From Chiloscyllium plagiosum (lineage: Eukaryota): 64,000 nucleotides of DNA. The stretch is taken from assembly GCF_004010195.1 (NCBI RefSeq), contig NC_057754.1:7912747-7976746 (forward strand). Direction: 5' to 3'. Shown piece by piece: positions 22,981 through 35,695 of this stretch (position 1 is its first letter; every line of letters begins with the position of its first letter). Below the pieces are notes generated by a model that was not told where the DNA came from, searched no databases, and saw only the letters and a program-made list of their open reading frames with translations. The position numbers were made by a program, and so were the translations under genes.

Positions 22981-23880
22981 TAGATTACTTACAATTATTA
23001 AGGAAGTAGATCACTTACAGTGTGGAAACAGGCCCTTCGGCCCAACAAGTCCCACACCAACCCGCCGAAGCGCAACCCACCCAGACCCATCCCCCTACAC
23101 CTAACACTACGGGCAATTTTAGCATGGCCAATTCACCGAACCCGCACATTTTTGGACTGTGGGAGGAAACTGGAGGAAACCCACGCAGACACGGGGAGAA
23201 TGTGCAAACTCCACACAGTCAGTCGCCTGAACCCGGGTCTCTGGCTCTGTGAGGCAGCAGTGCTAACCATTGTGCCACCGTGCCGCCCACTTAAATGTTT
23301 TCCCTATTCCCTGAATATGGAGGATTTTCTTCATCATGTCATAGAATTATAGAATCCCTACAATGTGGAAGCAGGCCATTCAGCCCGTTGAGTCCACACA
23401 AACCCTCCAAAGGGCTTCCCATCCAGCCTCACTCTGCTACCCTATCCCTGTAACCCTACTTTCCTATGGCTAACCCACCCTAACCTACATATCCCTGGAC
23501 ACTGTGGGACAATTTAGCATGGCCAATCCACCCTAACCTACATATCCCTGGGCACTATGGGACAATTTAGCATGGCCAATCCACCCTAACCTACATATCC
23601 CTGGGCACTATGGGACAATTTAGCATGGCCAATCCACCCTAACCTACATATCCCTGGACACTGTGGGACAATTTAGCACGGCCAATCCACCCTAACCTGC
23701 CCATCCCTGGGCACTATGGGACAATTTAGCATGGCCAATCCACCCTAACCTGCACATCTTTGGACTGTGGGAGGAAACTGGAGCAAACTCCACGCAGACA
23801 GTCACCCAAGGCTGGAATTGAACCCGGGTCCCTGGCACTGTGAGGCAGCCGTGCTAACCACTGAGCCACCGTGCTGCTCC
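22981..23880 (-). mobile_element. Two tandem minus-strand SINEs, the second with about 5.5 copies of the 53-bp unit
   Basis: Reverse-complement heads end at ~23289 and ~23880. Array ~23470-23760. Confidence 0.88.
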
Positions 23881-23909
23881 CCCAAGAATGGCAGACAAGT
23901 CAGTTGCAG

Positions 23910-24260
23910 TGCTGAGGGGTGACCATTATAGAAGTTTATAAAATCATGAGGGGGATGGATTGTGTGAATGACCAGTGTCTTTCTCCCAGGGTGGAAAAGT
24001 CCAAAACTAGAGGATATAAAGTTCAGGTGAGGTGGGAAAGATTTAAAAGGGACCTAAAGGGCATCTTTTTCTTGCAGAGAGTGGTACGTGTATGGAATGA
24101 GCTGCCAGAGGAAGTGGTGGAAGCTGGTACAATTGCAACATTTAAAAGGTATCTGGGTGGGTATATGAATAGGACAGGTTTGGAGGGATATGGGCCAAAT
24201 CTGGCTGGCATGGATGAATTAGACCGAAGAGTTTCCGAGCTCCACGACTCGCTGACTCTG
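23910..24260 (+). mobile_element. CR1/HER1-like LINE 3' end
   Basis: IEVYKIMRGMD...QRVVRVWNELPEEVVEAGTIATFKRYLGGYM. Confidence 0.88.
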
Positions 24261-25239
24261 AGCAAATGCATAGGACTGAAGGATCTCCAACAGCAGGAAG
24301 ATAAGTGCTGGAAAATGCACAGCCAGTCAGGCAGCATCCGAGGAGCAGGAGAGTCGACGCTTTGAGCATGAGCTCTTCATCAGTCCTCGGTTTCTCCTCG
24401 GGGGAAGGTAACACCCACAATGTAGCTGTGACTGCCATGGGCCTTAATAAGCTGAGGGTTGGCATACATTCCCTGAAGGAGGCCTCTGGATCTCTGAAAC
24501 AAAAACGCTCGGACCATTGCAGTTGACAGGGAATAAGGCAAATTACATTTAAGGTGATTCCAGACAAAGACGTGAGGGAGAAAGGAGTAGAAGGTTATGT
24601 TGATGAGGAGAGCTGGGCTAGCAGGAGGCTTCAGTGGCATTGGCCCGATGGAGCGAATGGCCGCTTGCTGTTCAGTAACTCCCCTGCAATGCAGAGAAAC
24701 CATCTGGAGCATTGCCACACTGCCGATTCACTGTGTACACATGGCGACGTTTAGATATTTGCTTTGATGACTCCGACACGCTCTCATTCTCTCGCTATCA
24801 CATCGCTGCTCAAATTCAAATCAATTGTTCTGCAAATTCTGCCTTTCCGAACCTCTTGACTATCCAGACATCCAGCTAAAACTGCTTGTGATTGGTTTGT
24901 TGTTTCTGATCCAGTTTTTCCAAAAGGGCTGAGACAACGTCTAATGAAGCTCATTCATCTTGCACTGTCACTTTTGAGGAGCTAAAGAACAGTAGGTGCA
25001 TCAATTAAAATGGATATCTTACCTTGAGCTGTGTAAATCTGCTTGCAGATTTTCTTATATCCCTCGACTATGTGATCATTGATTTCTGTCAGTTACTGTA
25101 TTCTAGGAAAACAAGGTTAGGAAGAGCCTGTTCTGCCAGTCCTTTAGATCCTGTCTAATTGTACTGTTTATTTTCTTCGGTTCACTTCGGGAGAGGTGAC
25201 TAATGCAGAATATACCAGTCTAGAATCTGGGTTGAGGCA

Positions 25240-25368
25240 GATGTGGGTACTGCAGATGCTGGAGGTCAGAGTCAAGATTAGAGTGGTGCTGGAAAAGCAC
25301 AGCAGGTCAGGCAGGATTCGAGGAGCAGGAAAATCGCCGTTTCAGGCCGGAGCCCTTCATCAGGAATC
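25240..25368 (-). mobile_element. Short PLE element, family A (HHR cleavage triplet mutated)
   Basis: Reverse complement attcctgatgaagggctccggcctgaaacggcg. Confidence 0.82.
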
Positions 25369-25519
25369 CGAGTTTGTCCACAACTTTCGTGTGAATTGGT
25401 TTTTGATGGCAGGCGGCTGACCTGAGCCAGCGCTGACCTCTTCTCATCATAGCCCCCAGTCCGCACTCCCCGGGAACGACACAGTCTCCCTGGATAAGCA
25501 GGTAAAAATGGTGCAGGGC

Positions 25520-26330
25520 AGTTAGGAGTCAAGCACATCAGAGGTCCAACCATCTTCTGCTGCATCATCAATGACCCTTCCTTTCTCTCTCCCCCCCCCC
25601 CCCCCTTATCCGGTCAGAAGTGGGGATGTTCACTGATGGCTGCACCACTCCTCAGGTACTGAAGCAGTCCGTGTTCAAATGCATCAAGACCCGGACAATA
25701 TGCTGACAAGTGGCAAGTAACACTGGTACCAGCCAATGACCATCTCCGTCGAGAGAGAATCTAACTACTGCCCCTTGACATGCAATGATGTTACCGTCAC
25801 TCAGTCCTCCATTGACCAGAAATTGAGCTGGATTTGCCATATAAATACAGTGGCTACAAAAGCAGGTCAGAGGCTAGGAATACTGCAGCAAGTAACTCAC
25901 CTCCTGACACCCCAAAACCTGTCCACCATCTGCAAGGCACAGTATTATAGAATGCTACCCACTTGCCTGGGTGGGGACAGCTCCAACAACACCCTAGAAG
26001 CTCGACACCATCCAGGACAAAGCAGCCCACTTGGTTAGCCCCACATCCACTCCCTCCACCACCGACGCTCAGTAGTAGCAGCATATGCCATTTGCAAGCA
26101 ACCCACTGAGGCTCCTTAGATGGTACCTTCCAAACCTATGACCACTTCCATCAGCAGATAGATGGGAACACCGCCCTCTGCAGGTTCCCCTCCGAGCGAT
26201 TCTCCATCCTTCGATGGAAACACGTCGCTGTTCACTGGGACCAGATCCTGGCTCAAGTAACCAGCTTGCCCACCACCCTCTCAACCGGGGGGACGGGCAA
26301 TAAATGCTGGGCCCAGCCAGAGGCGCCCAC
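25520..26330 (+). mobile_element. L2/CR1-group LINE RT and 3' fragment
   Basis: PTIFCCIINDP..., IDQKLSWICHINTVATKAGQRLGIL, and 3' tail gggcaataaatgctgg. Confidence 0.7.
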
Positions 26331-26384
26331 GGGGGAGAGAGAGGGCACGGTGTTCGAGAATGCAACAAGCTAAGCTCAAAGAAA

Positions 26385-27163
26385 GGAGAATGAGTTCACA
26401 GTCTGAAGCTGGACGTTAAGTCCAGAAGGTTGCAAAGTGTCCAGTCTGAAGATGAGATGTTGCCCCTCTGGTTTGGGCTGTGATTCACAGGAGCATTACA
26501 GTGTACCGAGGACAGCCACGTGGGCATGTGAGCAGGATGCTGTGTTAAAATGACCGGCTATGGGAAGGTTGAGGTCGACCCTCCGCACAGACGGAGGTGT
26601 TCTGCAAAGTGATCACCCAGTCTGTGCTTGGCTTCTCCAGTGTAGAGGAGGCCGCACTGTGTGCAACGAATGCAGTCGACCAGATTGGAGGAGTCGCGGG
26701 TCATGTGCCGCTTCACCGGGAAAGGTGCTTAGGCCTTTGGGTGGTGAGCAGGGAAGAGGTGGAGGGACAGGAGTTGCACCTGCTGTGATTACATCGGACG
26801 GTGGTGTGGGAAGGGAGGGCAGTGTTGGTTGTTATCAAGAAATGGACTAGGATATCCCAGAGGGAAGGGTCCCTGTGAAATGCAGACAGGGGAATGAGGG
26901 CAAGATGTGTTTAGTGGTGGCGTTCTGCTATAGTTGTCTGAAATGGCAGAGGATGATCCTTTGAATATAGAGACTGGTGCATAAAAAGATAGGCCAAGGG
27001 GAATCTGATCACGCTGTTGTGAGTATGCTGCCCCTTCCACACTTTACATCAGCTCTAAGAAAGAGTCATCTGGATTCAAAACGTTAGCTTGCCGTCTCTC
27101 CACGGATGCTACCTGACCTGTTGTGATTTCCAGCATTTTCTGTTTTCAGTGCAGATTCCAGCA
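26385..27163 (-). mobile_element. Degenerate PLE with GIY-YIG endonuclease remnant and inverted terminal piece
   Basis: Minus strand DSSNLVDCIRCTQCGLLYTGEAKHRLGDHFAEHLR ... QHLIFRLDTLQPSGLNV. An opposite-orientation pLTR-like piece at 27050-27163 is split by a SINE. Confidence 0.8.
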
Positions 27164-27485
27164 GGGCGGCACGGTGGTTCAGTGGTTCGCACTGCTGCCT
27201 CACAGCACCAGGGTCCCAGGTTCAATTCCAGCCTTGGGCAACGGTCCGTGTGGAGTTTGCACATTCTCCTCGCGTCTGAGTGGGTTTCTGCCGGGTGCTC
27301 CAGTTTTCTCCCACAGTCCAAAGATGCGCAGGTCAGATGGATTGGCCATGCTAAATTGCCCGTAGTGCTAGGTGCAACAGTCAGAGGGAAATAGGTCTGG
27401 GTGGGTTACTCTTCGGAGGGTCAGTGTGGACTGGTTGGGCCGAGGGGCCTGTTTCCATACTGTAGGGAATCTAATCTAATCTAAT
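27164..27485 (+). mobile_element. HE1/V-SINE-like SINE inserted in a PLE tail
   Basis: Full head, core and (ctaat)n tail. The flanks rejoin as gattccagca|tctgcag. Confidence 0.9.
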
Positions 27486-28259
27486 CTGCAGTAATTTGCT
27501 CCTACGTTCATATTTTTATGTCAGCCAGGGCTCCCTGATTGGACCAGATTAGCAGCCCCAGTCAGGGAACTCATATTCTGAGTTACAATCACTACACTTT
27601 CAGCACAGCCATGCGATTTTCAGCTAAATATGGTCCCCGAATTCAGCTTTTCTCATTCCCTGGCTTACCATTATCCATTCCTTTTGTCTGCCTGTCTTTC
27701 TCTCTCTCTCTGGGCTCTGTCTCCACCTATATACCTCCTCCTTTTCCCCCTCAACTCCTGTCTCAAGCCTATATACTACGTTTCCGTAGCTACAGTCAGT
27801 TCAACAAAAGGCTAACTGGACCTGAAATGTTAACTCTGCTTTCTCGCCAGACATGTTGCGTTCCTTTAGTTATGCAGTAGTTCAACTGCATTTGTATGGA
27901 ACTGGAGTTGCATGTACAATCTGACTAAGGGAAACTGTTTTGTTTTCCTACAGGATATTTGTGAGCCACTTGGGATTTTGATATTTTTCGAAAGCTTCAT
28001 GGTCGCTTTCACTGTAACTCGCATTTTATTACCAGGTTTTATTTCCAATTGAATTCAAATAACGAGAGCACAGTGGGATTTGAACTCACGTTCTCAATGC
28101 AGAGACATAACTGTTGCTATTCCAGGCCTAGCCCTCAATTGAATAAATGCAGAAAATCCTGATGACGTTCCTAATCTGCATGGATCTTTGTGAACTGTGA
28201 TAGAGAAACACAATTCCAACAGGCTTTTATGCACTTAATTTAAAAAAAAAATGAAATCT

Positions 28260-28995
28260 TTGCATATGCTAGAAATGTGAAATTGAAAACAAACAATGCT
28301 GGAGAAACTCAGCAGGTCTGGTAGCATCTGTGCAGAACAAATGTTAATGAGAGAGTTAATGTTTTGAGTCTGTGCTTCCTTTTCAGAACTAAAGGAGGTT
28401 GGAAAATGGTTTTTTCAAAACATTTTTCATTCCTGATGAAGGGCTTTTGCCCGAAACGTTGATTCTCTTGCTCCTCGGATGCTGCCTGACCTGTTGTGCT
28501 TTTCCAGCACCACTCTAACCTAGACCCTGATCTCCAGCATCTGCAGTCCTCACTTTTGCCCCGTTTTGTTTTTATGAATGAATGGAACAGAAACCAAAGG
28601 TGCTCAGAGGAAAAGACAAGGGAGTGCTAATGTTAGCAAAGGAGCGATAGTGATGTAAAATAGGTGTGAATGGTAGGTGTGAAAAGGAGAAAATGGGACC
28701 ACTTTGCAGAGAGCAAAGTCAACAGGACACTGTGTGTGTGTGTGTGTGTGTGTGCGCGCAGTAAGAATCAGGGCAGAGAAGGTGCTCTGATGTGGTGTAA
28801 CTCATTATTGTGTAAAATGCCTAAGCGGAAACCGAGGTGTTGCTCTTCCAACATGCATTAAGCTTCTTTGGAACAGTGTAGCCAATGGGCATGAGACTGG
28901 AAAGGGGGGATCATCCTTATGGACAGAGCAGAGGTGTTCTGCAAAATCGTCACCCAGTCTGTGTTTGGTATCACCGAGTGTGGAGGAGACTACTT
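28260..28995 (-). mobile_element. Degenerate PLE 3' end (GIY-YIG remnant plus pLTR) with nested family A insertion
   Basis: Minus strand GDTKHRLGDDFAEHLCSVHK and LEEQHLGFRLGIL. Terminal motif tgctggagaaactcagcaggtctgg. Confidence 0.7.
28429..28560 (+). mobile_element. Short PLE element, family A, with intact HHR core
   Basis: CTGATGA (28433-28439), A, GGGC tttt GCCC, GAAAC, GTT (28458-28460). Confidence 0.88.
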
Positions 28996-29579
28996 GTCCG
29001 AGAACACAATCCACACTAACCTCAGCACTCCATACTCTTCCCAAATCTGCACTGCAATTCCTGATCAGTCCTTTCCAGTGAAGACTCTTGGACAGTGCAT
29101 CTCTAGTGACGTCCTCTGGTAATTTGTCTATACCTAAAGTCAAACTTAATGAGTCTGTAATTTCCTGCATTTGACTTTTAAATATTGGCAGGATACAGGG
29201 TTTTCTACACCTTGCGGGAACAATGCCAGACCTGACTGAGCCATTAAATATGGTTCATTAGATCGCAACTTGGATTTCTTTGAGCATTCTCCCATAAATG
29301 CCGTCAGAGCGAGCATCCTGATCGATTTTCAGATCACTTACTCAAGCCAGGATAAGATCTGAATTGCCTTGATATGTTGCGAAGAATATTAAGGACAGCT
29401 TTACGTCCTTCGGGTATGTTACGTCCTCTTTTTAAACCCCTCCTTAGTAAGCTACAACAAATTTTTGGTATCTCTTTTAAGGTGCAGTTATATCACATAG
29501 CACTTAAAAATGTAGATCCCAGATCAAAATGAAGAAGCCCAAGTTTTCTTGAGTGAAAGAAAGAATTTTACTAGCCCCA

Positions 29580-30590
29580 AGTGTCATAGAGATCTACAGC
29601 CTTTGGCCCATTGAGTCTGGACCAGTCAAAACCCGCCACCAAACAATTCTATTCTCAATTTTCAGCACTTGATCCATAGCCTTGTATGTCATGGCACCAC
29701 AAGTGTATGTCTAATCATTATCACAGAACCATATGGTGCAGATGAGGTCCTTCAGTCCATCGTGTCTGCACCGACCCATGAGAAACACCTTACTTAAATC
29801 TCATCCCATTTACCAGCATTGTGCCCATAGCCTTGGATGTTGTGATGTGCCAAGTGCTCATCCTGGTGTTTCTTAAAGGATGTGAGGCAGCTCACCTCTA
29901 CCAGCTCCCAGGCAGTGCATTCCAGACCCTCTTGCTTAAAAAAAGTTTTTCCTCACATCTCCTCTCAACCTCCTGCCCCTCATCTTGAACCCATGTTTCC
30001 CCGTGACTGAACCCTTCAACTGAGGGGCACAGCTCCTCCGTATCCACCCTGTCCGTGCCCCTATAACCTTGTACACCTCAATCACATCACCCCTCAGTCT
30101 TCACTGCTTGAACGAAAACAACGCAAGTCCGTCCAATCTTTCCTCAAACTTAAATTTTCCATCCCATGTAGCATCGCTGGTGAATCTCCTCTGCACCTCC
30201 TCCAGTGCAATCACATCCTTCCAGGAATGTGGAATTCCTGAAATGTTGTGAGGGTTCCTTGCCTCCACCACCCTTTCAGGTAGTGAGTTCGAGATTCCCA
30301 CCACCCTCTGGATGAAAGACAAATACCTCGCATTCCCTTTAAACCTTCTGCCTTTTACCTTAAATCTATTCCCCCTGATCATTCATCCCTCCATCAAGGG
30401 CAAACGTTTCTTCCTGTCTACCCTATCTATACCCCTCACAATTTTACACATCTCAACCATATCCGTTCTCAATCTCCTCTGTTCTAAGGTAAACAAGCCC
30501 AGTCTCTCTTCATAACTGAAATGCTCCATCCCAGGCAACATCTTGGGTATATCTCCTCCAGTGCAATCACATCTCTCCCATAGTGTGGAT
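29580..30590 (-). mobile_element. Cluster of CR1-like LINE 3' fragments
   Basis: Minus-strand peptides RGNRFKVKGRRFKG...QRVVGISNSLPERVVEA and YEERLGLFTLEQRRLR. Confidence 0.8.
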
Positions 30591-31729
30591 CCCAATACTG
30601 GAGCTGTAGCCTCACATAGTCTCCCTTTTCAAATGGAGATAAGAGGAATTCTTTTTCCTGTGAAGAATGTTGCTAAACCATTGCAATTCACTTTCTCGCT
30701 CGGCTGGATCAATGAATTTATTCAAGGCCAAGTGTGATAGATTTTGGGAGACAGAGGGGATTGGGAATTTATTGGGGTGGGGGGGGGGGGGCGGGGAGAG
30801 CAGACAGAAACCCTCGAGTTGAAATGGCAACCAGATCAGCCATGAGCTTACTGAATGGTAGAGCAGGCTCAGAACGTTGAGTGGCCCATGCTGTCCTGTG
30901 TCCCGATGTCCCATTAAGATGGTTTCCCCAAGCATGGATTTCTGAGTATTGGCAAGGTCTGCACCTGCCCTTTCGTCCTTGCCCCCCCTTTAGCTCTGGA
31001 CAGTTTCTGCTCCATGCATGGTTTACTGATTTCCTTTGTCTGCTGATTTATATCCCCATGGTAAAGTGTGCCAAATGCACGGCCTGTGACGGTATTCCCT
31101 TGTAAAGAGAGGCAGGGGATTGTGGTAGTTTATGGCCCAGGCATGGCCAAACCTTTTTAGAAAGTGAGCCATTTGCGTTGGTGTGAGTAATTAAAATTAA
31201 CCGCCTTAGTACGGGCTCAGAGAGAGGCACCAGTCCAAGGTGATAAAAGAAAGTCAGACAGGTGAGGACCTTGCAAATGCGCTGGATCCATTACAACTTG
31301 GGATCATCAGTCATGTACAAAAGACAAGTGGAGGCCTGCTCTCCCGAGAGGTTTACAGCTCATTTTGTAGACCATGAAATTTTACGTCGGGGCCCATTAA
31401 AAATGAAAATGAAGTGGTTGGCAAGAGTGAATTTTTTTTTGAATTTGAGCGTCAGGGTTAGGTGGGAAATAAAAGGAGGGAAAGCAAGAGAGAGAGAGAG
31501 ACCAGGAGATGATCATATTCCTACAGCGTCTTGCGCAACCTCAGGTCACCAGGAAAGACTTAGCAGCCAGTGAAGTTCTTTCGGAGTGTGTAGCAATGTA
31601 AGAAATGTACACAAGAACTCCCTTAAATTGCCTCACACAAATCTTTCGCAGCACAAGACAATGATTAATTGAGATTAATGATTAATTGAAAATTGTGATT
31701 ATTTTGTTCAAATGTGACTGATTGGGAAC

Positions 31730-32068
31730 ACAGAATCCCTACAGTATGGAAGCAAGCCATTCAGCCCATCGAGTGTACACCAACCCTCTGAAGAGAATCC
31801 CAGACCCTTCTTCTCCCCTATAACCCTGCATTTCCCATAGCTGATCAATCTAATCTGCCCTTCCCTGCACACTACGGGGCAATTTAGCATGGCCAAACTA
31901 CCTGCACACCGTTGGACTGTTGGAGAAAACTGGAGCACCCGAGGGAACCTACGCAGACACTGGGAGAATGTACAAACTCCACACAGACAGCCACCCGAGG
32001 GTGGAATCAAATCTAGGTCCCAGGTGCTATGAGGCAGCAGTCCTCACCACTGAGCCATTGTGCTGCCT
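31730..32068 (-). mobile_element. HE1/V-SINE-like SINE
   Basis: Reverse-complement head and core. Confidence 0.85.
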
Positions 32069-32572
32069 CACTCTGTAACAGTTTTAAATGTGTCTGTTAG
32101 CTCTTTTTGATATGACCAGGAACATAGACCTTCCTCCTTTGATGGTTTGTGGCATTAACTCCTTGCTCTCTTCTGTCATAGAGTCCTATAGCATGGAGAC
32201 AGGCCCTTCGGCCCAAACCGGTCTATGCTGACCAAAATGTCCATCCACACTCAGCCCATTTCCCTGCACTTAGCCCATATCCTTCTCACCCTTTCCTATC
32301 CATGTATTTGTCCCGATGCCTTTTAAATGTTGTTAATGGACCCGCCTCAACCACTTACACTGGCGGCTCATTCCATAAGCGTACCACCCTCTGTGTAAAA
32401 TAGTTGCCCCTCAGGTTCCCTTTTATTCTTTCCCGTCACCTTGTACTAATGGCCTCCAGTCGTCAATTGCCCAACTTTGGGAAAAAGTCTGAATGTATTC
32501 ACCCTATCATCCTCTCATGATCTTATACACTTCTATAAAATCCCACCTCAGTCTCTTAATGCTGTCAAGAAA

Positions 32573-32692
32573 TGATTTGGAGGTGCCAGTGTTGGGGTGT
32601 ACAAAGTTAAAAATCACACAACACTAGGTTATAGTCCAACGGGTTTATTTGGAAGCACTAGCTTTCGGAGCACTGCTCCTTCGTCAGGTGGG
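32573..32692 (-). mobile_element. Short PLE element, family B, with intact HHR and 10-bp TSD
   Basis: Reverse complement of 32656-32690 is cac-CTGACGA-a-GGAGC agt GCTCC-GAAA-GCT-A-gtg. TSD tgtcaagaaa at 32563-32572 and 32693-32702. Confidence 0.88.
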
Positions 32693-33158
32693 TGTCAAGA
32701 AAAGCTCTCAAGAAAAGTGTCCTGGCTTGTCCAACCTCTCCCTACAACTTGAATCCTGGCAACATCCTTGTAAATTTCTTCTGCACGCTTTCTAGTTTAA
32801 TAACGTCCTTCCAGTAACAAGGTGACCAGAACTGAACACAATACTCCAAGTGCGGCCTCACTAACATCCTGTACAACAGCAATGAAACTCCCCAACTTCT
32901 ATCCTCAATGCTCTGACTGATGAAGGCCAATGTGCCAAAGGTTTCTTCACTGCCCTGTCTACCTGGGACTCCACTTTCACCTGAACTCTGAGGTCTCTCT
33001 GTTCCACTACAGTCCTTAAGGCTCTACCATTCACCATGAAACTCCTCCCTTGATTTGACTTTCCAAAATGTAAGACCTTACACCTGTCTATATTAAACTC
33101 CATTTGCCATTTCTCGGCCCATTTCCCCAGCTGATCAAGGTCCTGCTGCCATTTCTGA

Positions 33159-33260
33159 CGAAACGTCGATTCTCCTGCTCCTTGGATGCTGCCTGACCTG
33201 CTGCGCTTTTCCAGCAACACATTTTCAGCTCTGATCTCCAGCATCTGCAGTCCTCACTTC
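33159..33260 (+). mobile_element. Short PLE element, family A, 5'-truncated inside the HHR, with 13-bp TSD
   Basis: Begins cgaaacgtcg. TSD ctgccatttctga at 33146-33158 and 33261-33273. Confidence 0.88.
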
Positions 33261-33902
33261 CTGCCATTTCTGATAACCTTCCTCACTGTCCATGATCCCG
33301 CCTAGTTTGTTGTCATCTGCAAACTTACTAATCATGCCTTGTACATTCTCATCTAAATCATTGATATCGATAACAAACAGCAATGGGCCCAGCACCGACC
33401 CCTGATGCACTCCACCAGTCACAAGCCTCCAGTCCGACAAGCATCCTCCCACTATTACCCTCTGCTTCCTACCATCAAGCCAATCGTGTATCCAATTTGC
33501 CAGCTCCCCCTGGATTCCATGCGATCTAACCTTCCGGAGCAGTCTGCTCAACCTCATCTCTGGAAACTGTCTGTGCTTGTCATAATTTTAGCTAATTCTG
33601 TGGTAGAACAGTTACTCGGTTAGAAAAGTTGAGAAGAAGCAACTCATTCAAAATGAGAAGTATGTGACCTACTTGTGATAAAGAATGTGATGTGAAGTGC
33701 AATGTTTATTTCTACAGTTTAAGGAAAAGGAAATAATGTTTAGTGAAGAGTTTTTTAGTCATTTAATGCAGTGGATGTTTTTAACATGAAACCTTGATGC
33801 GTCATTCTCAGTTAGAACTAGGAGTTGAAATTTATTTACTTCAAAGTTCAAATATTTAAAAAATGTGATAGGTCATTTTGAAGATTGTAATATCAGCACA
33901 AA

Positions 33903-34208
33903 GGGCGGCACAGTGGCTCAGTGGTTAGCACTGCTGCCTCGCAGCACTAGGATCCTGGGTTCAATTCCAGCCTTGGGCTCTGTCTGTGTGGAGTTTGCAC
34001 GTTCTCCCCGTGTCTGCGTGGCCTTCCTCTGGGTGCTCCGGTTTCCTCCCACAGTCCAAAAATGTGCAGGTCAGGTGAATTGGCCAGGCTAAATTGCCCG
34101 TAGTGAAGGGGTAAATGTAGGGCAATGAGTTACTCTTCGGAGGGGTCGGTGTGGACTTGTTGGGCCGAAGGGCCTGTTTCCACACTGAAGGGAATCTAAT
34201 CTAATCTA
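33903..34208 (+). mobile_element. HE1/V-SINE-like SINE (3' part repeated at 34475-34668)
   Basis: Full head, core and tail. Confidence 0.9.
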
Positions 34209-34774
34209 AATTGTGCATAAACTAGATACAAGTTACAATATCCCATCTTTTGTTTTTCCTTGAAACAAGTTATCCTTATGGATGTATGATTGAAGTAAGA
34301 TCTATTACCTGGGTGAGTGTGAGGTGTTGCACTTTGGGGGATCAAATGTTAAGGACAAGTTTGCAGTTAATGGCAGGACCCTGAACAACATTGATGGACA
34401 GAAGAATCTTGGGGTTCAAGTCTATAGCTCCCTGAAAGTGNNNNNNNNNNNNNNNNNNNNNNNNNNNNNNNNNNCCTTCCTCCGGGTGCTCCGGTTTCCT
34501 CCCACAGTCCAAAAGTGTGCAGGTCAGGTGAATTGGCCATGCTAAATTGCCCATAGTGAAGGGGTGAAGGGGTAAATGTAGGGCAATGGGTCTGGGTGAG
34601 TTACTCTTCGGAGGGTCGGTGTGGACTTGTTGGGCCGAAGGGCCTGTTTCCACACTGTAGGGAATCTAAATTGTGCATAAACTAGATACAAGTTACAATA
34701 TCCCATCTTTTGTTTCTCCTTGAAACAAGTTATCCTTATGGATGTATGATTGAAGTAAGATCTATTACCTGGGT

Positions 34775-35695
34775 GAGTGTGAGGTGTTGCACTTTGGGGG
34801 ATCAAATGTTAAGGACAAGTTTGCAGTTAATGGCAGGACCCTGAACAACATTGATGGACAGAAGAATCTTGGGGTTCAAGTCTATAGCTTTCTGAAAGTG
34901 GCCAAACAAGTAGATAGGGTAGGAAAGAAGATGTATGGCATGCTTCCTTGTATTGGTCAGGGAATTGAGTACAAGAGTCAGGATGCCACGTTGCAGCTTT
35001 ATCAGACTTTGGTTAGGCCACACTGAAAAGTATTGCATTCAATTCTGGTTGCCACATGACAGGAAGGATGTGGAGGCTTTGGAGAGAGTGCAGAATAGGT
35101 TTCTCAGGATACAAGAGTCAGGATGCCACGTTGCAGCTTTATCAGACTTTGGTTAGGCCACACTGAAAAGTATTGCATTCAATTCTGGTTGCCACATTAC
35201 AGGAAGGATGTGGAGGCTTTGGAGAGGTGCAGAATAGGTTTCTCAGGATACTGCCTGGCTCAGATAATGTGAGCTACAAGGAGAGGCTAGAAAAACTCAG
35301 GTTGTTTTCTCTTGAGTGGTAGATGTTGAGGGGAGACTTTGGTGGAAGTCTGTAAAATTATGAGCTGCGTAAATAGGGTTGACAAACAGAATCATCTTCC
35401 CAGAGTTGAAAGGTCTCATACTAGGGGGCGTGCATTTAAGGTGAGGGGGGGAAAGTTCAAAGGAGATGTGAGGGGCAAGTGTTTTTTACACAGCGAGTTG
35501 TAGGAGTCTGGAACGCGCCAACTGGGGTGGTGATCGAGGCGTTTAAAGGATTTTTAGGTATGCTCACGAATGTGCAAGGAATGGAGGGATATGAACCAAG
35601 GGCAGGAAGAAGGGTTTAGTTTAATTTCTCATCATTTACAGCAGAGCATCATGGGCCGAAGGGCCTGTTCCTGTGCTAAACAGTTCTATGTTCTG
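34775..35695 (+). mobile_element. CR1-like LINE 3' fragment with internal 140-bp tandem duplication
   Basis: LHFGGSN...LGVQV...GIEYKSQDATLQLYQTLVRPH. 34970-35109 is repeated at 35110-35249. Confidence 0.87.

Larger units (their letters stand above)
32178..33545 (-). mobile_element. CR1/HER1-like LINE ORF2 (RT) 3' part with two nested PLE insertions
   Basis: GVHQGSVLGPLLFVIDINDLDENVQGMISKFADDNKLGG and LYRMLVRPHLEYCVQFWSP. Confidence 0.92.
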
